This document shows, piece by piece, positions 1-12,896 of a DNA stretch of 64,000 bases (positions are counted from its first letter, which is position 1; every line of letters begins with the position of its first letter). Position numbers and translations under genes: made by a program. Below the pieces are notes generated by a model that did no database searches, had not been told where the DNA came from, and was given only the letters and a program-made list of their open reading frames with translations. Source of the DNA: Candidatus Daviesbacteria bacterium (GTDB lineage: Bacteria > Patescibacteriota > Microgenomatia > Daviesbacterales > UBA10151); contig JAQTZF010000001.1 of NCBI GenBank assembly GCA_028687915.1, positions 866,634-930,633 on the forward strand. Direction: 5' to 3'.

Positions 1-218
1 ATAGGAGGACCTGCCTTTAAACTTTTTAAAATCTGCAGCCCATCAAGTTTGGGAAGCATGATATCCAGCATAATAACATTCCATCCACCCTGTTTAATTT
101 TTGCCAAAGCCATTTCCCCATCAATAGCAGTCTCAACAGTATACCCTTCCTGTATTAATAACTCTTCGTAAAACTCCCGTATAAATTGGTCATCTTCAAC
201 TATCAGAATCTTTGTCAT
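1..218 (-). CDS. Response regulator receiver domain protein (partial; C-terminal part lies outside the window)
   Basis: RC of 1..218 translates MTKILIVEDDQFIREFYEELLIQEGYTVETAIDGEMALAKIKQGGWNVIMLDIMLPKLDGLQILKSLKAGPP, with CheY-like D-D...D and K residues. ATG at 216..218. Strong paralogue of 27937..28314. Confidence 0.6.
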   Translation of the reverse strand, partial: MTKILIVEDDQFIREFYEELLIQEGYTVETAIDGEMALAKIKQGGWNVIMLDIMLPKLDGLQILKSLKAGPP

Positions 219-257
219 AGCTTAATATATAACATAAAATTAGGTTAAGAAGTAGAC

Positions 258-872
258 TTATCTCTTCTTCTTAATAACCATAAAGCCAATAATTAAGATA
301 ATTGTAGTTAAAATTGCAGCATTCTTTGTATTATTCAACCTGGTCTCCTCTTCACTGATAGATTCCCCTAAGATTGATTGTCGCTTTAACTTAAAGGCAG
401 CGCCGATATTATAAACCCCTCCCCTGCTACCACCTAAATCTAGTGAGTCAGAACTATCAGTTTCCCTGGGTGCAGCAGACCCATCTACAAAAGAAACTGC
501 AGCTTGTCCTAATGATTTACCAATAAATCCAATAGTAGCAATATTAGCGTTTCCTCCAACACCGCTAAAATTTCCTCTTGAAATTTTAATTATTCCATTA
601 CCATATTCACTCTCAGCCTCAATAGAGAATGCAGAAGAGTCATACTTAATCCAGCTAACTTCTAATTTATCAGAAGGATATTTTAAGAAAGCAGATACTG
701 CATTTACCTTATCATTTCCAGCTTTTAGCTTTACCTGTACCGTGTATGTTTTTCCGATAGAAATGTTTCCATCGGCAGGAGATAAATAAAGGGTGTTGGC
801 AAAAGCTGACTTTACAGGTAAAAAAATAAACAAAGTAACTGCTATCAATACAAAAATTAATTTATTCAACAT
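258..872 (-). CDS. Membrane-anchored cohesin-domain-like protein (signal peptide, beta-rich domain, C-terminal TM + KKKR)
   Basis: ORF track. N-terminal hydrophobic signal. Domain paralogous to the N-terminus of 18869..20095 (VNAVSAF..YP.DKL.V...GSAF.I.AE..YG.G.IK.SRG). The C-terminal TM helix followed by basic residues resembles cohesin/anchoring scaffoldin modules. The cohesin call is by motif resemblance only. Confidence 0.55.
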   Translation of the reverse strand: MLNKLIFVLIAVTLFIFLPVKSAFANTLYLSPADGNISIGKTYTVQVKLKAGNDKVNAVSAFLKYPSDKLEVSWIKYDSSAFSIEAESEYGNGIIKISRGNFSGVGGNANIATIGFIGKSLGQAAVSFVDGSAAPRETDSSDSLDLGGSRGGVYNIGAAFKLKRQSILGESISEEETRLNNTKNAAILTTIILIIGFMVIKKKR

Positions 873-876
873 ATAT

Positions 877-1035
877 TTACCGGGTCCATGATCTGAGCAA
901 CATCGAAAGGTCTGTAATATCTACTCTGCCGCTGCCGTTCAAATCAGCCGCACTTCCCCCTCCTTGTCCCCACATTCGAAGGAACATGGATAAGTCTGTT
1001 ACGTTAACTCTGCCATCATGGTTTATGTCTGCACT
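877..1035 (-). other. Dockerin (type I-like, two 22-aa Ca-binding repeats) coding segment at the 3' end of the 1543-aa gene
   Basis: Seen in translation: two DxNxDGRVNxTDLSMxLR repeats. Confidence 0.65.
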
Positions 1036-4000
1036 ACGACCACCTCCACCGCCGCCGGATGATCCACCGCCACCTCCACCACCAGATGAACCACCACCTC
1101 CTCCTCCTCCTCCTCCGTCACTTGATGAAGGAGGAGCTGTTGGAGCAGCAGTTGGGACAACAGTTGCGTCTGCAAGCAGTAAGAAATCTGAGAAGGTAGA
1201 TGTCTGACAAGCTACTATTTTTGCCAATGTATCAAGACTACAATTTGCCAACCGATTTAATGTAGACCCATTAAAGTGATAAATTTCTAAGGTATTTTCG
1301 TCTACACCACCTAATTCATCTGCAGAATAATTAATTTCAACAGTAATAGGATTATTAAATAGATCTACCAATGTAGAAGTATCAGTTAAGGCGTTGAAGT
1401 TATAAGCATGATTTCCAACAATTACTTTTCCTGCGGGTAATGATACAGCTGTTTGCAAAGCTGCTTTCTCTAATCTCTTGATTTGGAAGTGAGCTAGGTT
1501 TGCACTCGAAGAAGCAAAGGCTGGACGGGCAGATAACCGTACCTGTCGCCCATTACCTTCTGTCAAATCAACTGTTCCACCTGAAGCTGTGGCTACTGGA
1601 GCATCTGTAAAAGCCAAAATTGCTGCATTCCCACTACAACCCTTGGTATGCAAAATGTTATTTCCCAAAGTGGTAATCGCTGTAGACTGATCATCAGATA
1701 CCAAACGATAACTGTAAGTAGAACATTTGGCCAAACCAGGAATAGATATTTCATGATTTGTGGTTCCCGCTGGATCTACTTTAGCAGTAGATTTATCATA
1801 AGACCCTGGTAAACCATATTCAATTTGAGAAGAACCTTCTATATTAGTCGACCATCTAATAGTTGCTGCATCTGAAGTTACTTCTACATCTGGTAATGTA
1901 ACAATAGTTAATTTATTAGATGGTGTCACTTCCAACCTTGGATCAACAGAAGTAACACTGGTATTATCATCAAGTAAAGTTGCTCTAAAGTAATAGGTTG
2001 GAGCAAGTAAAGTAACTCCAAAAATACTGACTGGTCGATATTCAGCAATCCAGCGGGTTTGATATAAAGTAGAGTCAGATAAAGTAATAGGATCTGGATC
2101 AGCTGTTACTGCGCTATCACCAATTGGTCCAATACCGGCTTTTCTTACATTCCAACCCACACGTTTGCCATTACACTCACCCTTAGTGGAAACAGCAAGA
2201 TTTACCTCAGATCCTTCAGTTACTTTAGCAGCTGGGGCACTCCATGAAGCAGAAGTTAAGGCACAGGGCTCCGGAGCAGGGGTAGGTGTTGATGTAGGTA
2301 TTACAGTTGGAGTTGGGCTAGCTGTAGGAGTTGAAGTCATGGTTGGAGTAGCAGTTGGAACTCTAGTTGGGGTAGGAGTGTTAGTTGGGGCACTTGTTGG
2401 TGTTGATGTTAACGTTGGTATTGGCGTTTGTGTAGGAGTTTGGGTGGGTGTAGGGGTGGATGTTGGTGTATTAGTTGGAGTTGGTGTAGCAGTTGCTGTT
2501 GGTGTTGGAGTTGGGGTTCCACCTGTACCAGAGGTAACAGTGAGTAGTGATTGAGTGGTATTAACAGTATTACCCTGAGTTAAGGTAGCATTAAAGTAAT
2601 ACTGGGGATCTGTAAGTGGTATTAAAGGATTATGTTCAGAAATCCAGGTGGTAGTAGCCAGATTAGAAGAAGACATAATAACAGTTTGTGGGTTTGGTTG
2701 ATTAGTAATTACAGATGGATCATCACCTAATCCATTTCTTCTAACCTCAAAGGTTATACTCTTTCCAGTACAGTCTCCTGTACCATTTACTCTAAGGGTT
2801 ACCTCAGCACCTGTGGTTACATTGTTACTGCTCCAGGAAGCTGTGGATAAAGAACATGCTTGTCCTGTAACAGTATCAGACCACACATAACCTTGGTAGG
2901 CCTTAATAGTTTCAGCTAGCTTGTTCATATAGAAGAAATCACTTCCATCAGTTAGCCAGGGGTAGCTAGTATATTTCTGAAGATTTTGTGGAGTATCATT
3001 TTGCAGCAAAGCTTTTGCCATAAAAAGTTGATAAGAATTGATAGGATATGTTGTCCCATGTTCCCCTCCTACAACATCTTCCATATATGGCATATACCAA
3101 TGTGGCATTAATGTAGTGAATTTATTGACAAAAACCTCAGCATCCTGTTTTGCAAAATCTGCAATTATTCTCAAAGTTTCTGGAACCATATCGTTATAAG
3201 CTGATAATTGAGCCATTTGCAGATATTCATATCCTCTTATTTCCATGGGTATTGGCGGATAAAAACTGGTGCTATCTGCTAAAGAGGTACTAAATTGATC
3301 CTGAACTGCAATTTGCCTGGGGTCATCATATGCTCCTCTCCAGTTATAATTCCAAAGCCATCCTGGCCAATCCCCTGCTCCATACTTAGGCATCCAATCA
3401 GGGTCAGTTGGTAAAGTTTGTAAACCAGAGGAATAAAGGTAGCGCGGATATATTGTCATAGCAATTCTTTGTGTAATAGTTTTAGCGAGCAGCGCTCTGC
3501 CAATATTTTCATCACTATCTCCGTTTGCTTTTGCTAACTTAATAAATCCAATTAATCCATCTAAAAGCCGGTTTGTATTTATTAATGTAGAATGCCCGCT
3601 TACCACTCCTACATTAAATCCTCTAAACCAGGAAGAAGTAGCCCAATCATGCTCTGCCATATCATTATTCAAAGCAGTTTTTGCAGCAGTAAGAACTGAA
3701 GCAGGGATAGAACCAGTTGAAGGCAACTCGTAATAATTAGCTAAGGAATAAAAATTATAAAGAGGAACACGTTTGAGAAATAAATGAGGATTTCGTTGCT
3801 GAAAGGATTGAAAATTATTTCTTCCCCCATCTACACTACTCGGTTCATTGTTCCTGACAGCATAATCAGTACGCTGAGTTCCTAAATTAGGTAAATTATA
3901 TACAGTTTCCGGTCTGTAACTGGAATTAGTTCTTTCTGATTTTATATATTCAATCAAACGGTTTTTGGGAGCTTGAGGGTCAGAAGAATCAGGTAAAGCA

Positions 4001-5508
4001 TGTGCTGCTGCAGTGAGCTGATGGATAATATCAGCTGGATTTAGATAGTAAATATAGCCGGCAGTATAATCATTTAACGGAAGATGTACAGGATAAATCC
4101 AGGGAGAGAAATGACCAGCCTGAATAGTTTTATCAACCTCAGCAACAAGCTTTTGGATTAATTCAGCTGGTGCTCCACTTGGATTAGTAGGGACTCTTTG
4201 GGAATCAGTATATTTCTTAAGTCCTGAGATAGAATAAGAGTAAGTGTTGGTATTATCTATACCAATGATAGGACCAAATTCTGTAGAGTAATTAGCATCA
4301 GTTAGAGTTCCTGTGATATTAGCATGGATTGCATCTTTGGCTAAGGATAATAATGGAGGTAAAATAGCAAAACCTGAGGTAGTAGATCCTCCAGAACAGA
4401 CATTAAGATAATTAATGTTTTCTGTAATTGTTGAAGTATCAGTATTAGCATCATAGTTATATGTTTCTGATACTGTAGTAGGATAACTACATAATCTGTT
4501 TGTCCAGAAGTTAATCTTAGAAATAACATTAGCAGGTAATGTTCCTGTTCCCCAGTTTTCTGTATCAGAAGCTCTTAAGTGTTCCCTGCCAAACAAAGGT
4601 AACATAGAAGTATTACCAGAGTTAGTGCTAAATGTTAAATCTATTCCTCCTTCTGTAGTTTGTTTAATGCTGGTTGGATTATTCTGGAATTTAAGGAGTA
4701 TGGGAGCATCAGCTTGGTAGGCTTGAGAATGAGGTAGAATATTTCTATTATCACTATCATAATATGTAGCTGGAGACTTAGTATCAGCAAAATGTGAATT
4801 ATTTCCATACCAAACTAATACCCAGTTATTATCCAGAGCTGGTAAGGTTAAAGCTGCAGCACCTGAGGCTGGAATAGCCTGAACTTGGATATTTCCACCT
4901 ATTGAGTAAGCAATATATTTAGGTGAAGATGGAGATGCAGTTCTATTATTAACAACAGTTGGATCATAGGATGGTCCACTATAACTAACTATTGCTCCAT
5001 TTAAATTACCAGAAAATAGCCTTAAGGAATTATTTAAGTTTTGGATTAATATAACTGGAGAAAGCCTGGAAACCCAAATATTCAAGTTATTGGTAAAAGT
5101 CATCTGATTATGTGACCAATCAGCTGCTTGATCGCTTAAAGCAGGTGTAGTTTCCGGAATCTTAATTTGCCCTAACTCAATGCCTTGCAGAGGTCCATAG
5201 AGACGGCCCCACCCTATATTAGCTGCTCCACCCTGCAAAGACAAAGATGGTATACCGGAAACCCGAACTGTTGTTATTAAACCAGCTGTTTGATTACCAT
5301 TAACTGTTGAGGACCTAAGTCCCATAGCCCCTGTCTGCCAAATAGACGGATCAACAGTTTGAGCATTAACTTCGCTTAAGCTAAAAGTTAAAAATGCAAA
5401 GTTAAAAATTAACCACAAAGATATTATTTTTAAAATATCTTTACGTCCCGCCTTGGCGGGAGGCAAACTTTGTTTGATTCTTGAATCGTGAATCCTAAAT
5501 CTTATCAT
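877..5508 (-). CDS. Giant secreted modular protein (1543 aa): N-terminal alpha-rich domain, two copies of a ~110-aa two-Cys module, Thr/Pro linker, FN3-like domain, Gly tract, C-terminal type-I dockerin
   Basis: ORF track. C-terminus [20 protein letters not shown] ... [20 protein letters not shown] is a duplicated Ca-binding dockerin repeat (established motif D-x-N-x-D-G-x-V-N-x-x-D). Signal-peptide-like N-terminus. 4-nt start/stop overlap with neighbours. Confidence 0.8.
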   Translation of the reverse strand: MIRFRIHDSRIKQSLPPAKAGRKDILKIISLWLIFNFAFLTFSLSEVNAQTVDPSIWQTGAMGLRSSTVNGNQTAGLITTVRVSGIPSLSLQGGAANIGWGRLYGPLQGIELGQIKIPETTPALSDQAADWSHNQMTFTNNLNIWVSRLSPVILIQNLNNSLRLFSGNLNGAIVSYSGPSYDPTVVNNRTASPSSPKYIAYSIGGNIQVQAIPASGAAALTLPALDNNWVLVWYGNNSHFADTKSPATYYDSDNRNILPHSQAYQADAPILLKFQNNPTSIKQTTEGGIDLTFSTNSGNTSMLPLFGREHLRASDTENWGTGTLPANVISKINFWTNRLCSYPTTVSETYNYDANTDTSTITENINYLNVCSGGSTTSGFAILPPLLSLAKDAIHANITGTLTDANYSTEFGPIIGIDNTNTYSYSISGLKKYTDSQRVPTNPSGAPAELIQKLVAEVDKTIQAGHFSPWIYPVHLPLNDYTAGYIYYLNPADIIHQLTAAAHALPDSSDPQAPKNRLIEYIKSERTNSSYRPETVYNLPNLGTQRTDYAVRNNEPSSVDGGRNNFQSFQQRNPHLFLKRVPLYNFYSLANYYELPSTGSIPASVLTAAKTALNNDMAEHDWATSSWFRGFNVGVVSGHSTLINTNRLLDGLIGFIKLAKANGDSDENIGRALLAKTITQRIAMTIYPRYLYSSGLQTLPTDPDWMPKYGAGDWPGWLWNYNWRGAYDDPRQIAVQDQFSTSLADSTSFYPPIPMEIRGYEYLQMAQLSAYNDMVPETLRIIADFAKQDAEVFVNKFTTLMPHWYMPYMEDVVGGEHGTTYPINSYQLFMAKALLQNDTPQNLQKYTSYPWLTDGSDFFYMNKLAETIKAYQGYVWSDTVTGQACSLSTASWSSNNVTTGAEVTLRVNGTGDCTGKSITFEVRRNGLGDDPSVITNQPNPQTVIMSSSNLATTTWISEHNPLIPLTDPQYYFNATLTQGNTVNTTQSLLTVTSGTGGTPTPTPTATATPTPTNTPTSTPTPTQTPTQTPIPTLTSTPTSAPTNTPTPTRVPTATPTMTSTPTASPTPTVIPTSTPTPAPEPCALTSASWSAPAAKVTEGSEVNLAVSTKGECNGKRVGWNVRKAGIGPIGDSAVTADPDPITLSDSTLYQTRWIAEYRPVSIFGVTLLAPTYYFRATLLDDNTSVTSVDPRLEVTPSNKLTIVTLPDVEVTSDAATIRWSTNIEGSSQIEYGLPGSYDKSTAKVDPAGTTNHEISIPGLAKCSTYSYRLVSDDQSTAITTLGNNILHTKGCSGNAAILAFTDAPVATASGGTVDLTEGNGRQVRLSARPAFASSSANLAHFQIKRLEKAALQTAVSLPAGKVIVGNHAYNFNALTDTSTLVDLFNNPITVEINYSADELGGVDENTLEIYHFNGSTLNRLANCSLDTLAKIVACQTSTFSDFLLLADATVVPTAAPTAPPSSSDGGGGGGGGGSSGGGGGGGSSGGGGGGRSADINHDGRVNVTDLSMFLRMWGQGGGSAADLNGSGRVDITDLSMLLRSWTR
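1036..1125 (-). repeat. Low-complexity Gly/Ser tract coding region ([26 protein letters not shown])
   Basis: Plus strand reads ccaccgccgcc/ccacctccacc repeats. Translates on the minus strand to poly-Gly immediately before the dockerin. Confidence 0.8.
2278..2527 (-). repeat. Thr/Pro-rich linker coding region (ACN-CCN repeats; appears as GTNGGNGT on the plus strand)
   Basis: Translation [32 protein letters not shown]... Similar linkers at about 11270..11390, 14330..14380 and 18230..18330. Confidence 0.8.
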
Positions 5509-8500
5509 TATGGATTAACCTCCCTAACGATTAACTCATGAGTGCTAATATGGTAAATCTTCCCATTAGAGATAGAGGCTGGATTAGATCTGCCTTCTAA
5601 CTGAGTCGACATTTGCCGGTTACGGAAACCTGCACCAATTTCTGTCCAGCGGCGGTTAGTAAGATCAAAAGCACCGGTGTAGTTAGCATTGCCTTCCTGA
5701 ACATGGAAAGAAAAAATTGTATTACCGGCACAAGTTGGATTTAAGTTCTCGTCAGCATTACCAAACCCTGCAGGATTATTAAAGTTAGAAAGTGAGAATG
5801 GCTGACCATTTCTACCATAATTATCAAACAACACATCAACTAATCTTTGGCGACCCAAATCTAACCGTCCCCAACCACTCATTAAAAAGCTCACTGGTAT
5901 TACCAAATACCCATCTTTATCAACACAAGGAGCGCTTTGGGCACCACTTAAACTTTGGGCATTCCAGTTTGGAACTGCAGTTGTTTCTCGACCAGTTGTT
6001 TCATCAAGGAGATAAATAATTTTATCTGTATATTTACCAGGATTATTTTGATAATCCTGCATCACAGTATCCTGAACACTCATAGCTAAAGGCACCTGAG
6101 TTAAATTACCAGCAGCAATCGTTGGTCCATTAGTAATATACCAGCTTGCCTGAGGGCTAGCAGCATCCCAAAATTCATTTAAAGGATACCCTGGATTAAT
6201 ACCAGCATTAGCTCTTTTAGCCTGAGGTATTATTACTACTTTTCCCTGGGTAACAACTGGCCAGTATTCTTTGAAAGAGACACCTGGAATTTTCATATCT
6301 GCTCCTTGAGCATTTTTACTTCTCCAAGAAAGAGTACCATCAGCTGTATTAATGGCGTATACATACATATTCATCCCCCCAAGAAAAGCTCTGTTTATAT
6401 TATCAGCTCCTTTATTAAAGGCAGCAGTCATCATAATAGGAGCCCCAGTGTTATAGCTCCAAAGTACATTACCATTATCAGGATTTAGACCATAGAAAAT
6501 ACCATCATGTCCTCCCAGCATTATTTTATTATCAGCTATAAGTGGAGCAGCTGAAAAGCCCTCTTGATTTAGTTTCTTCTGCCAAACCTGATTACCATTC
6601 ATATCAACCGCATATACTGAACCATTTAAAGTAGCAAAGAAGACTTTATTGTCATAAGCTGCAGCTGAGTTTAGGATTGATCCATCAGCTTCAAATTTCC
6701 AAACTACCCTTCCTACATTTGCATTTAAGAGGTTAGGATTTACTGCATCAATCGCATAAAGAGTTGGTTTTTGACCATTAGATCCTTCAGTGCCTACAAA
6801 AACTTTGCCCTGATAAATAATAGCCTGTGTTTGAGGATGAACCCTATCGGGCTGGAATGGATAAGTCCATGAAACCTTAAATCTTTCATGAGGGAGAAGA
6901 GAATAATTAATATTAAAGTTCTCAGCTGAATAACCTGTATGTTGTGGATCTTTCCCAACCTGTGGCCAATCATTAGGATTACCTGGAACAGGTGTTGGAG
7001 TAATATTTGAGGTAACAGTTAACATATTATTTTTGTTATCTAAAGTATTACCTCCGGTTGTTGAGGCTTTAAAGTAATATGTAGGATCACCCAAAGATAT
7101 ACCAAGTAATCTTAATGGGTTAAATTCAGATACCCATGATCCTACTCCCTGCCCCTGGGTATTTAAAGTAATAGCCTGAGGCTGAATGTTTGCTAATATA
7201 TCATCCAAAGCTGTAGATCCATATCTTCTAACCTCAAGGTTAACTTGTTTGTTAGCACAATTAGTATCACCTACTACATTCAGATTAACAGTACTTCCCT
7301 GTGTAGCAGTTAAAGTATTCCAGGCAACAGCGGTTAGATTACATGGAACTGCTCTTAAGTCTACCCAAGTAGTTGTTCCATAAGCTTCAAGAGTTCTTGA
7401 AAGCCTTTCCCAATAGAACAAATCTTCTTTAACCCAAGGAATATCCAAATACTTCCTGAGTTCATCCCCACTCTTTTTAGCTCCCAAAGACTTCATTAGG
7501 AAAATTGACTGAATATTATGTGGATTTACGTACATAATTTCTCCAGCAAAGCTATTCATACCTCTTTGCATATAAGTGATTGGCATAGCTTGATCAAAAA
7601 ACTGTTCATATCTTTGGACATCAGATGAACCGAAGTCAGTAAGCAATCTAGCTACTTCTGGAGTTAGCTCTCGAAGCTGAGGAATGTTAGTATCCATTGC
7701 CCCAGATCTTTGAACAAATTTACCTGCAGTACCATCCTGACCATTAATCCAAGCACTGGTATTTGGATCACTTCCATTCCCATCAGTTGGCCTTAAATTA
7801 TTAAGGTAGCGAAGCCTGGCTTGCATTGCTAAAGTTGCTAAATTAGTGGCCCAAGTAACCTCTGTTTGATCGTTCATATGTTGGGCAATACGGGCATAAG
7901 CAATTAATGCTGATAGCCTGCGGTTAGCGGAATCATACACATTAATACAAGAAGCACCAATACAAGATGGGTCCACTGATGCCAGACCCAACAACCCAGC
8001 GTCTCCACTAGTTAATTCACTAAGAACAGACCCTTTTACTCCATTAGCACCAAAATTGGGATTTTTAATCTGATCCCAATGACTTTCAATCCATGTCCAA
8101 TCATTAGCTTGATAAGCATAGCTCCAAATATTATAAAGTCGGTCAAATGTTTTTCTGGTAGGAACAAAAGTGCCACCCCAGGTAATACCTTCACAAGGAC
8201 TTTGGCTAGTACCGCCTTGGAAATTACAATACCTGAAAGGTCCCGGAGCAAATGGTTGACGAGACTTATTATTATCCTGGGTTACAGTACTATTGGTATA
8301 TATTAGACCATCGTTCCAGGGATAACGTTTTTCTGGTGAAAAAGAATCAATTGGATTCAAATTTGAATTATTCCATTCATTATTTACAAAAGTTTTGATC
8401 TGATTTTGTAGGTTTGATGACAAATAAGGATAAGCCAATGAAAGATAGAAGGCTGTTTCTGATGGTTCTAAGTAATAACCCTTAAAAACTTCCTTACCTG

Positions 8501-11500
8501 GAATAAAAATCCATGGGTTAAGCCTGCCTGTTGTTAAGAAATTATTAACTTCTGTCTCCAAAGAAGTTCTTAAATCAGCTGATTTATTGATATCTATACT
8601 AGTCTTTGTAGGCACTTCCCAAATATAATGCTCAAGCTCAGCTTGAGTTGGAATATTTACAGCTGCTGCTGAAGATGTGGCAATGCTTTGTCGAGGATAA
8701 GGAGTAATAGTTGGTATTGGGGTTGGACTTACTCCTGGCAAGTGACCCTGAACCATAGCCACTATTCCACCGTAGTTAACAATAATTTTATCACCAGAAA
8801 CAGATGGGCCATAAGAAGTGCCACCTGCAAAATCATTAGGCACTAAACCAAAATTAAGAGTTCGGGGATTATGATCTACTAAGTGGTTTGCAAAATTATC
8901 TCTTTCACCAATGATTGATTCTAAATCACCAGTGTTAGTATTTATACTTCCTAACCCTGCCCATTGATTAGTATAAATTTTATTACCAGCTGCGGAAAAA
9001 GCTGTTGTTTCGTCTCCAATCATCCAAATATTGGAGTTAGATTGATTATTACAAGAAACAGTATTACAAAAAACTGGGTTATTGCTTGGGTTCCTCAGAG
9101 TAACATTACCAGTGGCTGGATCCATCTGGCCAAAGCCATTCATAATATACCATTGGTTATCATTATCGTAGTCAGAGTAATAGCTGCGATTTAAAACCCA
9201 AAGTTGCCCAGTGTTGTTAACTACTGGAGGTACTCCAGGATAACCATTACCTGCTGTCCAGAGAATTGGAGCAGTGTAAGATTTTTGGCCATTACTAATA
9301 TTCAAAACATGGAAAGTTTCAAATTGGGGCCTACCGGAAATTGTTTGGCCATTTGTAGCAGTAAAAGTATTCCCTTGTAAGTAATTGCGGATCGTATTTT
9401 GTTCCCTGGTAATACCAGCAGAATCAGTTGCCACCCTCCACTGGAAACAAGGGATATTATTACGATTAAGCCAACCACGACTCGTAGGATAGTCATTACA
9501 ACCAGCGCTAAAGGCAAGTAGTTTTTCTTCCTCGTTTAGAACAGAATTAACATCATCATTTGGAGCTGAACGGAAAATAACTTTATCATTGCTAATTACT
9601 GGATAGTTTCCTCTTAAGCTTTGACCAGCTAACTGAGATGATTCCCAGAGTTTTGTACCTGTAGTATTAAAGGCATAAGCCTTCATGTCTTCTGCGCCAA
9701 AGTAAATAGTTCCATTAGCAAAAGCTGGTGAAGTTAAAATTGCTGTTCCAATATTAGCTTCCCAACGTCTATTGCCATTATTTTTATCAATAGCATAGAA
9801 ATAACCATCACGGCCACCAATGTAAACAGAATCATTTGTCACAACTGGAGTGGCCCAAAAACCACCTTGTCTGCCACTTCTAAAAGTCCACTTAACAGCG
9901 GGCACACCATTTGTAATACTGTTGCCATCAATGGCATAAACATTACCATCTAGGGAGCCTACATAAACCACCCCTCCTTCAACTGTTGGAGAATTTAAGA
10001 TTCCACCAATGAATTGTCCAGATTGAGGATATCGCCAAGCCTGAGCACCAGTATTAAGATCCATTGCATACATTGAGCCATTGGCAGTACCAATATAAAC
10101 TAAGTCCCGGTTATTCGGTATATCACGAGCAATTGGAGGTTGGTAACCAGAAACTACTTCTTCCTTAAATTCTGACCAAAAATCACGATACCAAACTTTG
10201 GTATAAGGTCCATCAGGACCATTTTGGGTTGATCCGGATCTTTGATTATCATGAGCCAAAGTGGGCCAATCAGTAGAGCTAGTTGGAATTCCTCCGGTAA
10301 CAGTAAGTAAACTGCCTTTATTATCAATAGTATTTCCTCCAGCTACATTAGCTCTAAAATAATATTGAGGATTAGTAAATGGAATTAATGGATTATGTTC
10401 TGCTACCCAGGTGGTAGTAGCTGAACCTGAAGAGATATTAGCTGGTTGAGGTTGGATAGTAGCTGGAATATCATCAATTAATAATCCATTTCTTCTTACC
10501 TCAAAGTTAACCGTCTTACCATTACAATTATTATCTCCTGTAACATTTAGATTTATTGTTGATCCAGTAGTAGTGGTTTGAGTACTCCAGGAAGCTGTAG
10601 TTAGATTACATGCTGCTGGGGTTGGTGTAGCAGTAGGAGTAGGAGTTGAAATTAAGTCAGGATCAGCATTATAAACATTAATATTATCAAAGTAGGCTCT
10701 CAAACTATGTGAATGCCACCAATCTTGCACACCAACCGCTATTTGAGGTAGGTAAAAAGTCCCTGTTGAAGAATCTGTTATTTGAGCTACTTGAGTACCA
10801 TCAATCCAAAGGCTAGCAATAGCCCCTGTACCACTCCAGTCATAACTCCATTTCCAAGTCTGCCAGGTATTTATAACAGGAGCATTGGTTAAATCAGCAC
10901 TAATATTATTACCATTTAGTCCTCTAATATTAAATTGATATCTAGAAGTAGTTTGGTTATATGAAACCCACATAGTCCCACTATAAACTGGTGCCTGATC
11001 ATACCAAGCTAGAAAAACAGCTTGAGTAGTTAAATTAGATCTTAAATTAACATCAAGCTTGCCCCATAATTGCTTAGAAGCAGGACTTGAGACAGTTCTT
11101 AAAGCTACAGCTCTCATGCCTTCGTTAACTGCTGGTACAAAAGCATCCAAGCCTAACGAGCCTGATCTGGCAGCACTAGATGAAGCAACTAAAGTAGATC
11201 CTGTACCTAAAATAGAAGTACTAGTCCATTTGCTTAAGTTATTTCCCTCAAAATCATCATTAAAGATGGCTTGTGCAGATCCTGGTGTAGGAGTAGCAGT
11301 TGGAGTTGGTGTAGGAGTTGGTGTGGCTGTAGCTGTTGGAGTAGCTGTTGGGGTTGGTGTTGGTGTTCCACCTGTACCAGAAGTAACAGTTAATAAATTA
11401 GCTTTATTATCTATAATATTACCACCTTGAGTAGAAGCTTTGAAGTAATACTGTGGATCAGTAAATGGTATTAATGGATTATGTTCTGCTACCCATAATC

Positions 11501-12896
11501 CTGTTCCTGTTCCCTGAGCATTAAGAACAATAACTGCTGGCTGATTAGTAGCTGGAATATCATCTAAGGCTGTTGAACCATTTCTTCTTACTTCAAGATT
11601 AACTTGTTTGTTAGCACAGTTTGTATCACCTGTAACATTTAGGCTTACTGTTAATCCAGTAGTAGTGGCTTGAGTACTCCAGGAAGCTGAGGTTAAATTA
11701 CAAGGAGCTGAAGTTGAGGAAGGTGCTTCAATAGCAGCTACTAACTTTTGCATATAGAGTAAATCACCTTTTCTATCTGGTTTATCTAAGTAGCTTTTTA
11801 GCTGAGTAGCTGAATTACCTTCAACATATGCTTTAAGCATAAAATAAGTCCAGGAAATCTCTGGTGATGCATAAGAACTTTCACTCCAGCTTATAGCAGA
11901 AGAATTTAACCAACCCATGGGCACATCAGTTAGGATCTTAGAGGCATAAGCTCCAGCTTGAGCAGCAGCATTATCTTTAAGAAAACTTCCTACTTCCCTG
12001 CTAAAGAGTAATCCTACAGGATTTCTTTGGAACATAAAAATTGGAGTAGTATAACCATAATCTAAAGGATTATCCAAATTAAAAGCATTAGGGAATTTTG
12101 TTTTAGCATTGGTCAAAAACTGATTAAAATTAACACCACTGGCAAAACCAGTTTCAGCAAAAGCTAAAGCGTCATTATAATCAGCTGTATTTCCTAAATG
12201 CTGGGCAATTCTGGCAAAACCAATAGCTCCTGATAAATCACTATATGTAGTAATACCCGCAGTCTTAAGGTTTGTATAAATAGTCCTTAAGTCATTGTAG
12301 CTGCTTGTAGCATATGCCCAATCTCCGGTGTTTTGTGAATAAATCCAAATTGCATAAAGAGCAGCTGGATTTACTCTCGGTGCTACCCAGGTATTTGAGG
12401 CAGGCGGATCTTTATGCCAATAGCTAAAATTCTCATTAGGATTGGGAATAAAATACTCTCTTCTTGCCCCAGGTAACTGAGAAATATTACCTGCTGCATT
12501 TCCATTTGGATTAGTAACTGGATAAAAAGAACTTGAATGTGGAGGATAACTGCTAATTTCATTTTTTAAATAATTGCTAACTGCAGTTTTTAAACCAGGA
12601 GATAAATAAGGATAGGCTGCACTTAGGGTATAAATTGTCTCAACTGGGGAGGAGTAAAAAATCAAAGGATTGCCTCCTAAACCTATAAAATATAGTGTTG
12701 GCGCCATATGTCCAGCACTAACCATTTCTTGAACTTTTACTTCTAATTCGCTTTGTAGATCCTGAGTATCAGCTGTAATACTTACTGGCTGAGGGATATT
12801 GTTAGTGTAATTTTCATAGGCAGCTTCAACTTTACCAATTCCAGAGAAGATAAATAGTAAGAATAAAATTCCTAGTTTTAAGAATATGTTTTTCAT
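5508..12896 (-). CDS. Giant secreted modular protein (2462 aa): duplicated [alpha-rich N-domain - two-Cys module - PQQ-like beta-propeller] architecture plus a LamG/concanavalin-like region
   Basis: ORF track. Signal peptide. Repeated 'YAIDxxxGxxxW' blades typical of PQQ-type beta-propellers at about aa 880-1180 and 2020-2300. Three copies of the ~110-aa CNLTSASW...PQYYF module. AYPYLS-containing N-domain occurs twice. Confidence 0.8.
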   Translation of the reverse strand: MKNIFLKLGILFLLFIFSGIGKVEAAYENYTNNIPQPVSITADTQDLQSELEVKVQEMVSAGHMAPTLYFIGLGGNPLIFYSSPVETIYTLSAAYPYLSPGLKTAVSNYLKNEISSYPPHSSSFYPVTNPNGNAAGNISQLPGARREYFIPNPNENFSYWHKDPPASNTWVAPRVNPAALYAIWIYSQNTGDWAYATSSYNDLRTIYTNLKTAGITTYSDLSGAIGFARIAQHLGNTADYNDALAFAETGFASGVNFNQFLTNAKTKFPNAFNLDNPLDYGYTTPIFMFQRNPVGLLFSREVGSFLKDNAAAQAGAYASKILTDVPMGWLNSSAISWSESSYASPEISWTYFMLKAYVEGNSATQLKSYLDKPDRKGDLLYMQKLVAAIEAPSSTSAPCNLTSASWSTQATTTGLTVSLNVTGDTNCANKQVNLEVRRNGSTALDDIPATNQPAVIVLNAQGTGTGLWVAEHNPLIPFTDPQYYFKASTQGGNIIDNKANLLTVTSGTGGTPTPTPTATPTATATPTPTPTPTATPTPGSAQAIFNDDFEGNNLSKWTSTSILGTGSTLVASSSAARSGSLGLDAFVPAVNEGMRAVALRTVSSPASKQLWGKLDVNLRSNLTTQAVFLAWYDQAPVYSGTMWVSYNQTTSRYQFNIRGLNGNNISADLTNAPVINTWQTWKWSYDWSGTGAIASLWIDGTQVAQITDSSTGTFYLPQIAVGVQDWWHSHSLRAYFDNINVYNADPDLISTPTPTATPTPAACNLTTASWSTQTTTTGSTINLNVTGDNNCNGKTVNFEVRRNGLLIDDIPATIQPQPANISSGSATTTWVAEHNPLIPFTNPQYYFRANVAGGNTIDNKGSLLTVTGGIPTSSTDWPTLAHDNQRSGSTQNGPDGPYTKVWYRDFWSEFKEEVVSGYQPPIARDIPNNRDLVYIGTANGSMYAMDLNTGAQAWRYPQSGQFIGGILNSPTVEGGVVYVGSLDGNVYAIDGNSITNGVPAVKWTFRSGRQGGFWATPVVTNDSVYIGGRDGYFYAIDKNNGNRRWEANIGTAILTSPAFANGTIYFGAEDMKAYAFNTTGTKLWESSQLAGQSLRGNYPVISNDKVIFRSAPNDDVNSVLNEEEKLLAFSAGCNDYPTSRGWLNRNNIPCFQWRVATDSAGITREQNTIRNYLQGNTFTATNGQTISGRPQFETFHVLNISNGQKSYTAPILWTAGNGYPGVPPVVNNTGQLWVLNRSYYSDYDNDNQWYIMNGFGQMDPATGNVTLRNPSNNPVFCNTVSCNNQSNSNIWMIGDETTAFSAAGNKIYTNQWAGLGSINTNTGDLESIIGERDNFANHLVDHNPRTLNFGLVPNDFAGGTSYGPSVSGDKIIVNYGGIVAMVQGHLPGVSPTPIPTITPYPRQSIATSSAAAVNIPTQAELEHYIWEVPTKTSIDINKSADLRTSLETEVNNFLTTGRLNPWIFIPGKEVFKGYYLEPSETAFYLSLAYPYLSSNLQNQIKTFVNNEWNNSNLNPIDSFSPEKRYPWNDGLIYTNSTVTQDNNKSRQPFAPGPFRYCNFQGGTSQSPCEGITWGGTFVPTRKTFDRLYNIWSYAYQANDWTWIESHWDQIKNPNFGANGVKGSVLSELTSGDAGLLGLASVDPSCIGASCINVYDSANRRLSALIAYARIAQHMNDQTEVTWATNLATLAMQARLRYLNNLRPTDGNGSDPNTSAWINGQDGTAGKFVQRSGAMDTNIPQLRELTPEVARLLTDFGSSDVQRYEQFFDQAMPITYMQRGMNSFAGEIMYVNPHNIQSIFLMKSLGAKKSGDELRKYLDIPWVKEDLFYWERLSRTLEAYGTTTWVDLRAVPCNLTAVAWNTLTATQGSTVNLNVVGDTNCANKQVNLEVRRYGSTALDDILANIQPQAITLNTQGQGVGSWVSEFNPLRLLGISLGDPTYYFKASTTGGNTLDNKNNMLTVTSNITPTPVPGNPNDWPQVGKDPQHTGYSAENFNINYSLLPHERFKVSWTYPFQPDRVHPQTQAIIYQGKVFVGTEGSNGQKPTLYAIDAVNPNLLNANVGRVVWKFEADGSILNSAAAYDNKVFFATLNGSVYAVDMNGNQVWQKKLNQEGFSAAPLIADNKIMLGGHDGIFYGLNPDNGNVLWSYNTGAPIMMTAAFNKGADNINRAFLGGMNMYVYAINTADGTLSWRSKNAQGADMKIPGVSFKEYWPVVTQGKVVIIPQAKRANAGINPGYPLNEFWDAASPQASWYITNGPTIAAGNLTQVPLAMSVQDTVMQDYQNNPGKYTDKIIYLLDETTGRETTAVPNWNAQSLSGAQSAPCVDKDGYLVIPVSFLMSGWGRLDLGRQRLVDVLFDNYGRNGQPFSLSNFNNPAGFGNADENLNPTCAGNTIFSFHVQEGNANYTGAFDLTNRRWTEIGAGFRNRQMSTQLEGRSNPASISNGKIYHISTHELIVREVNP

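Noticed and set aside
986-1207. Plus-strand ORF encoding a poly-Pro protein ([14 protein letters not shown])
   Set aside because: Antisense translation of the Gly-tract/dockerin coding region of the 1543-aa gene; fully nested, compositional artefact.
2165-2554. Plus-strand ORFs encoding (GV)n proteins (also 11059..11430 and 63589..63774)
   Set aside because: Antisense of Thr/Pro linker codons (ACN CCN read as NGG NGT); nested in long, well-supported genes.
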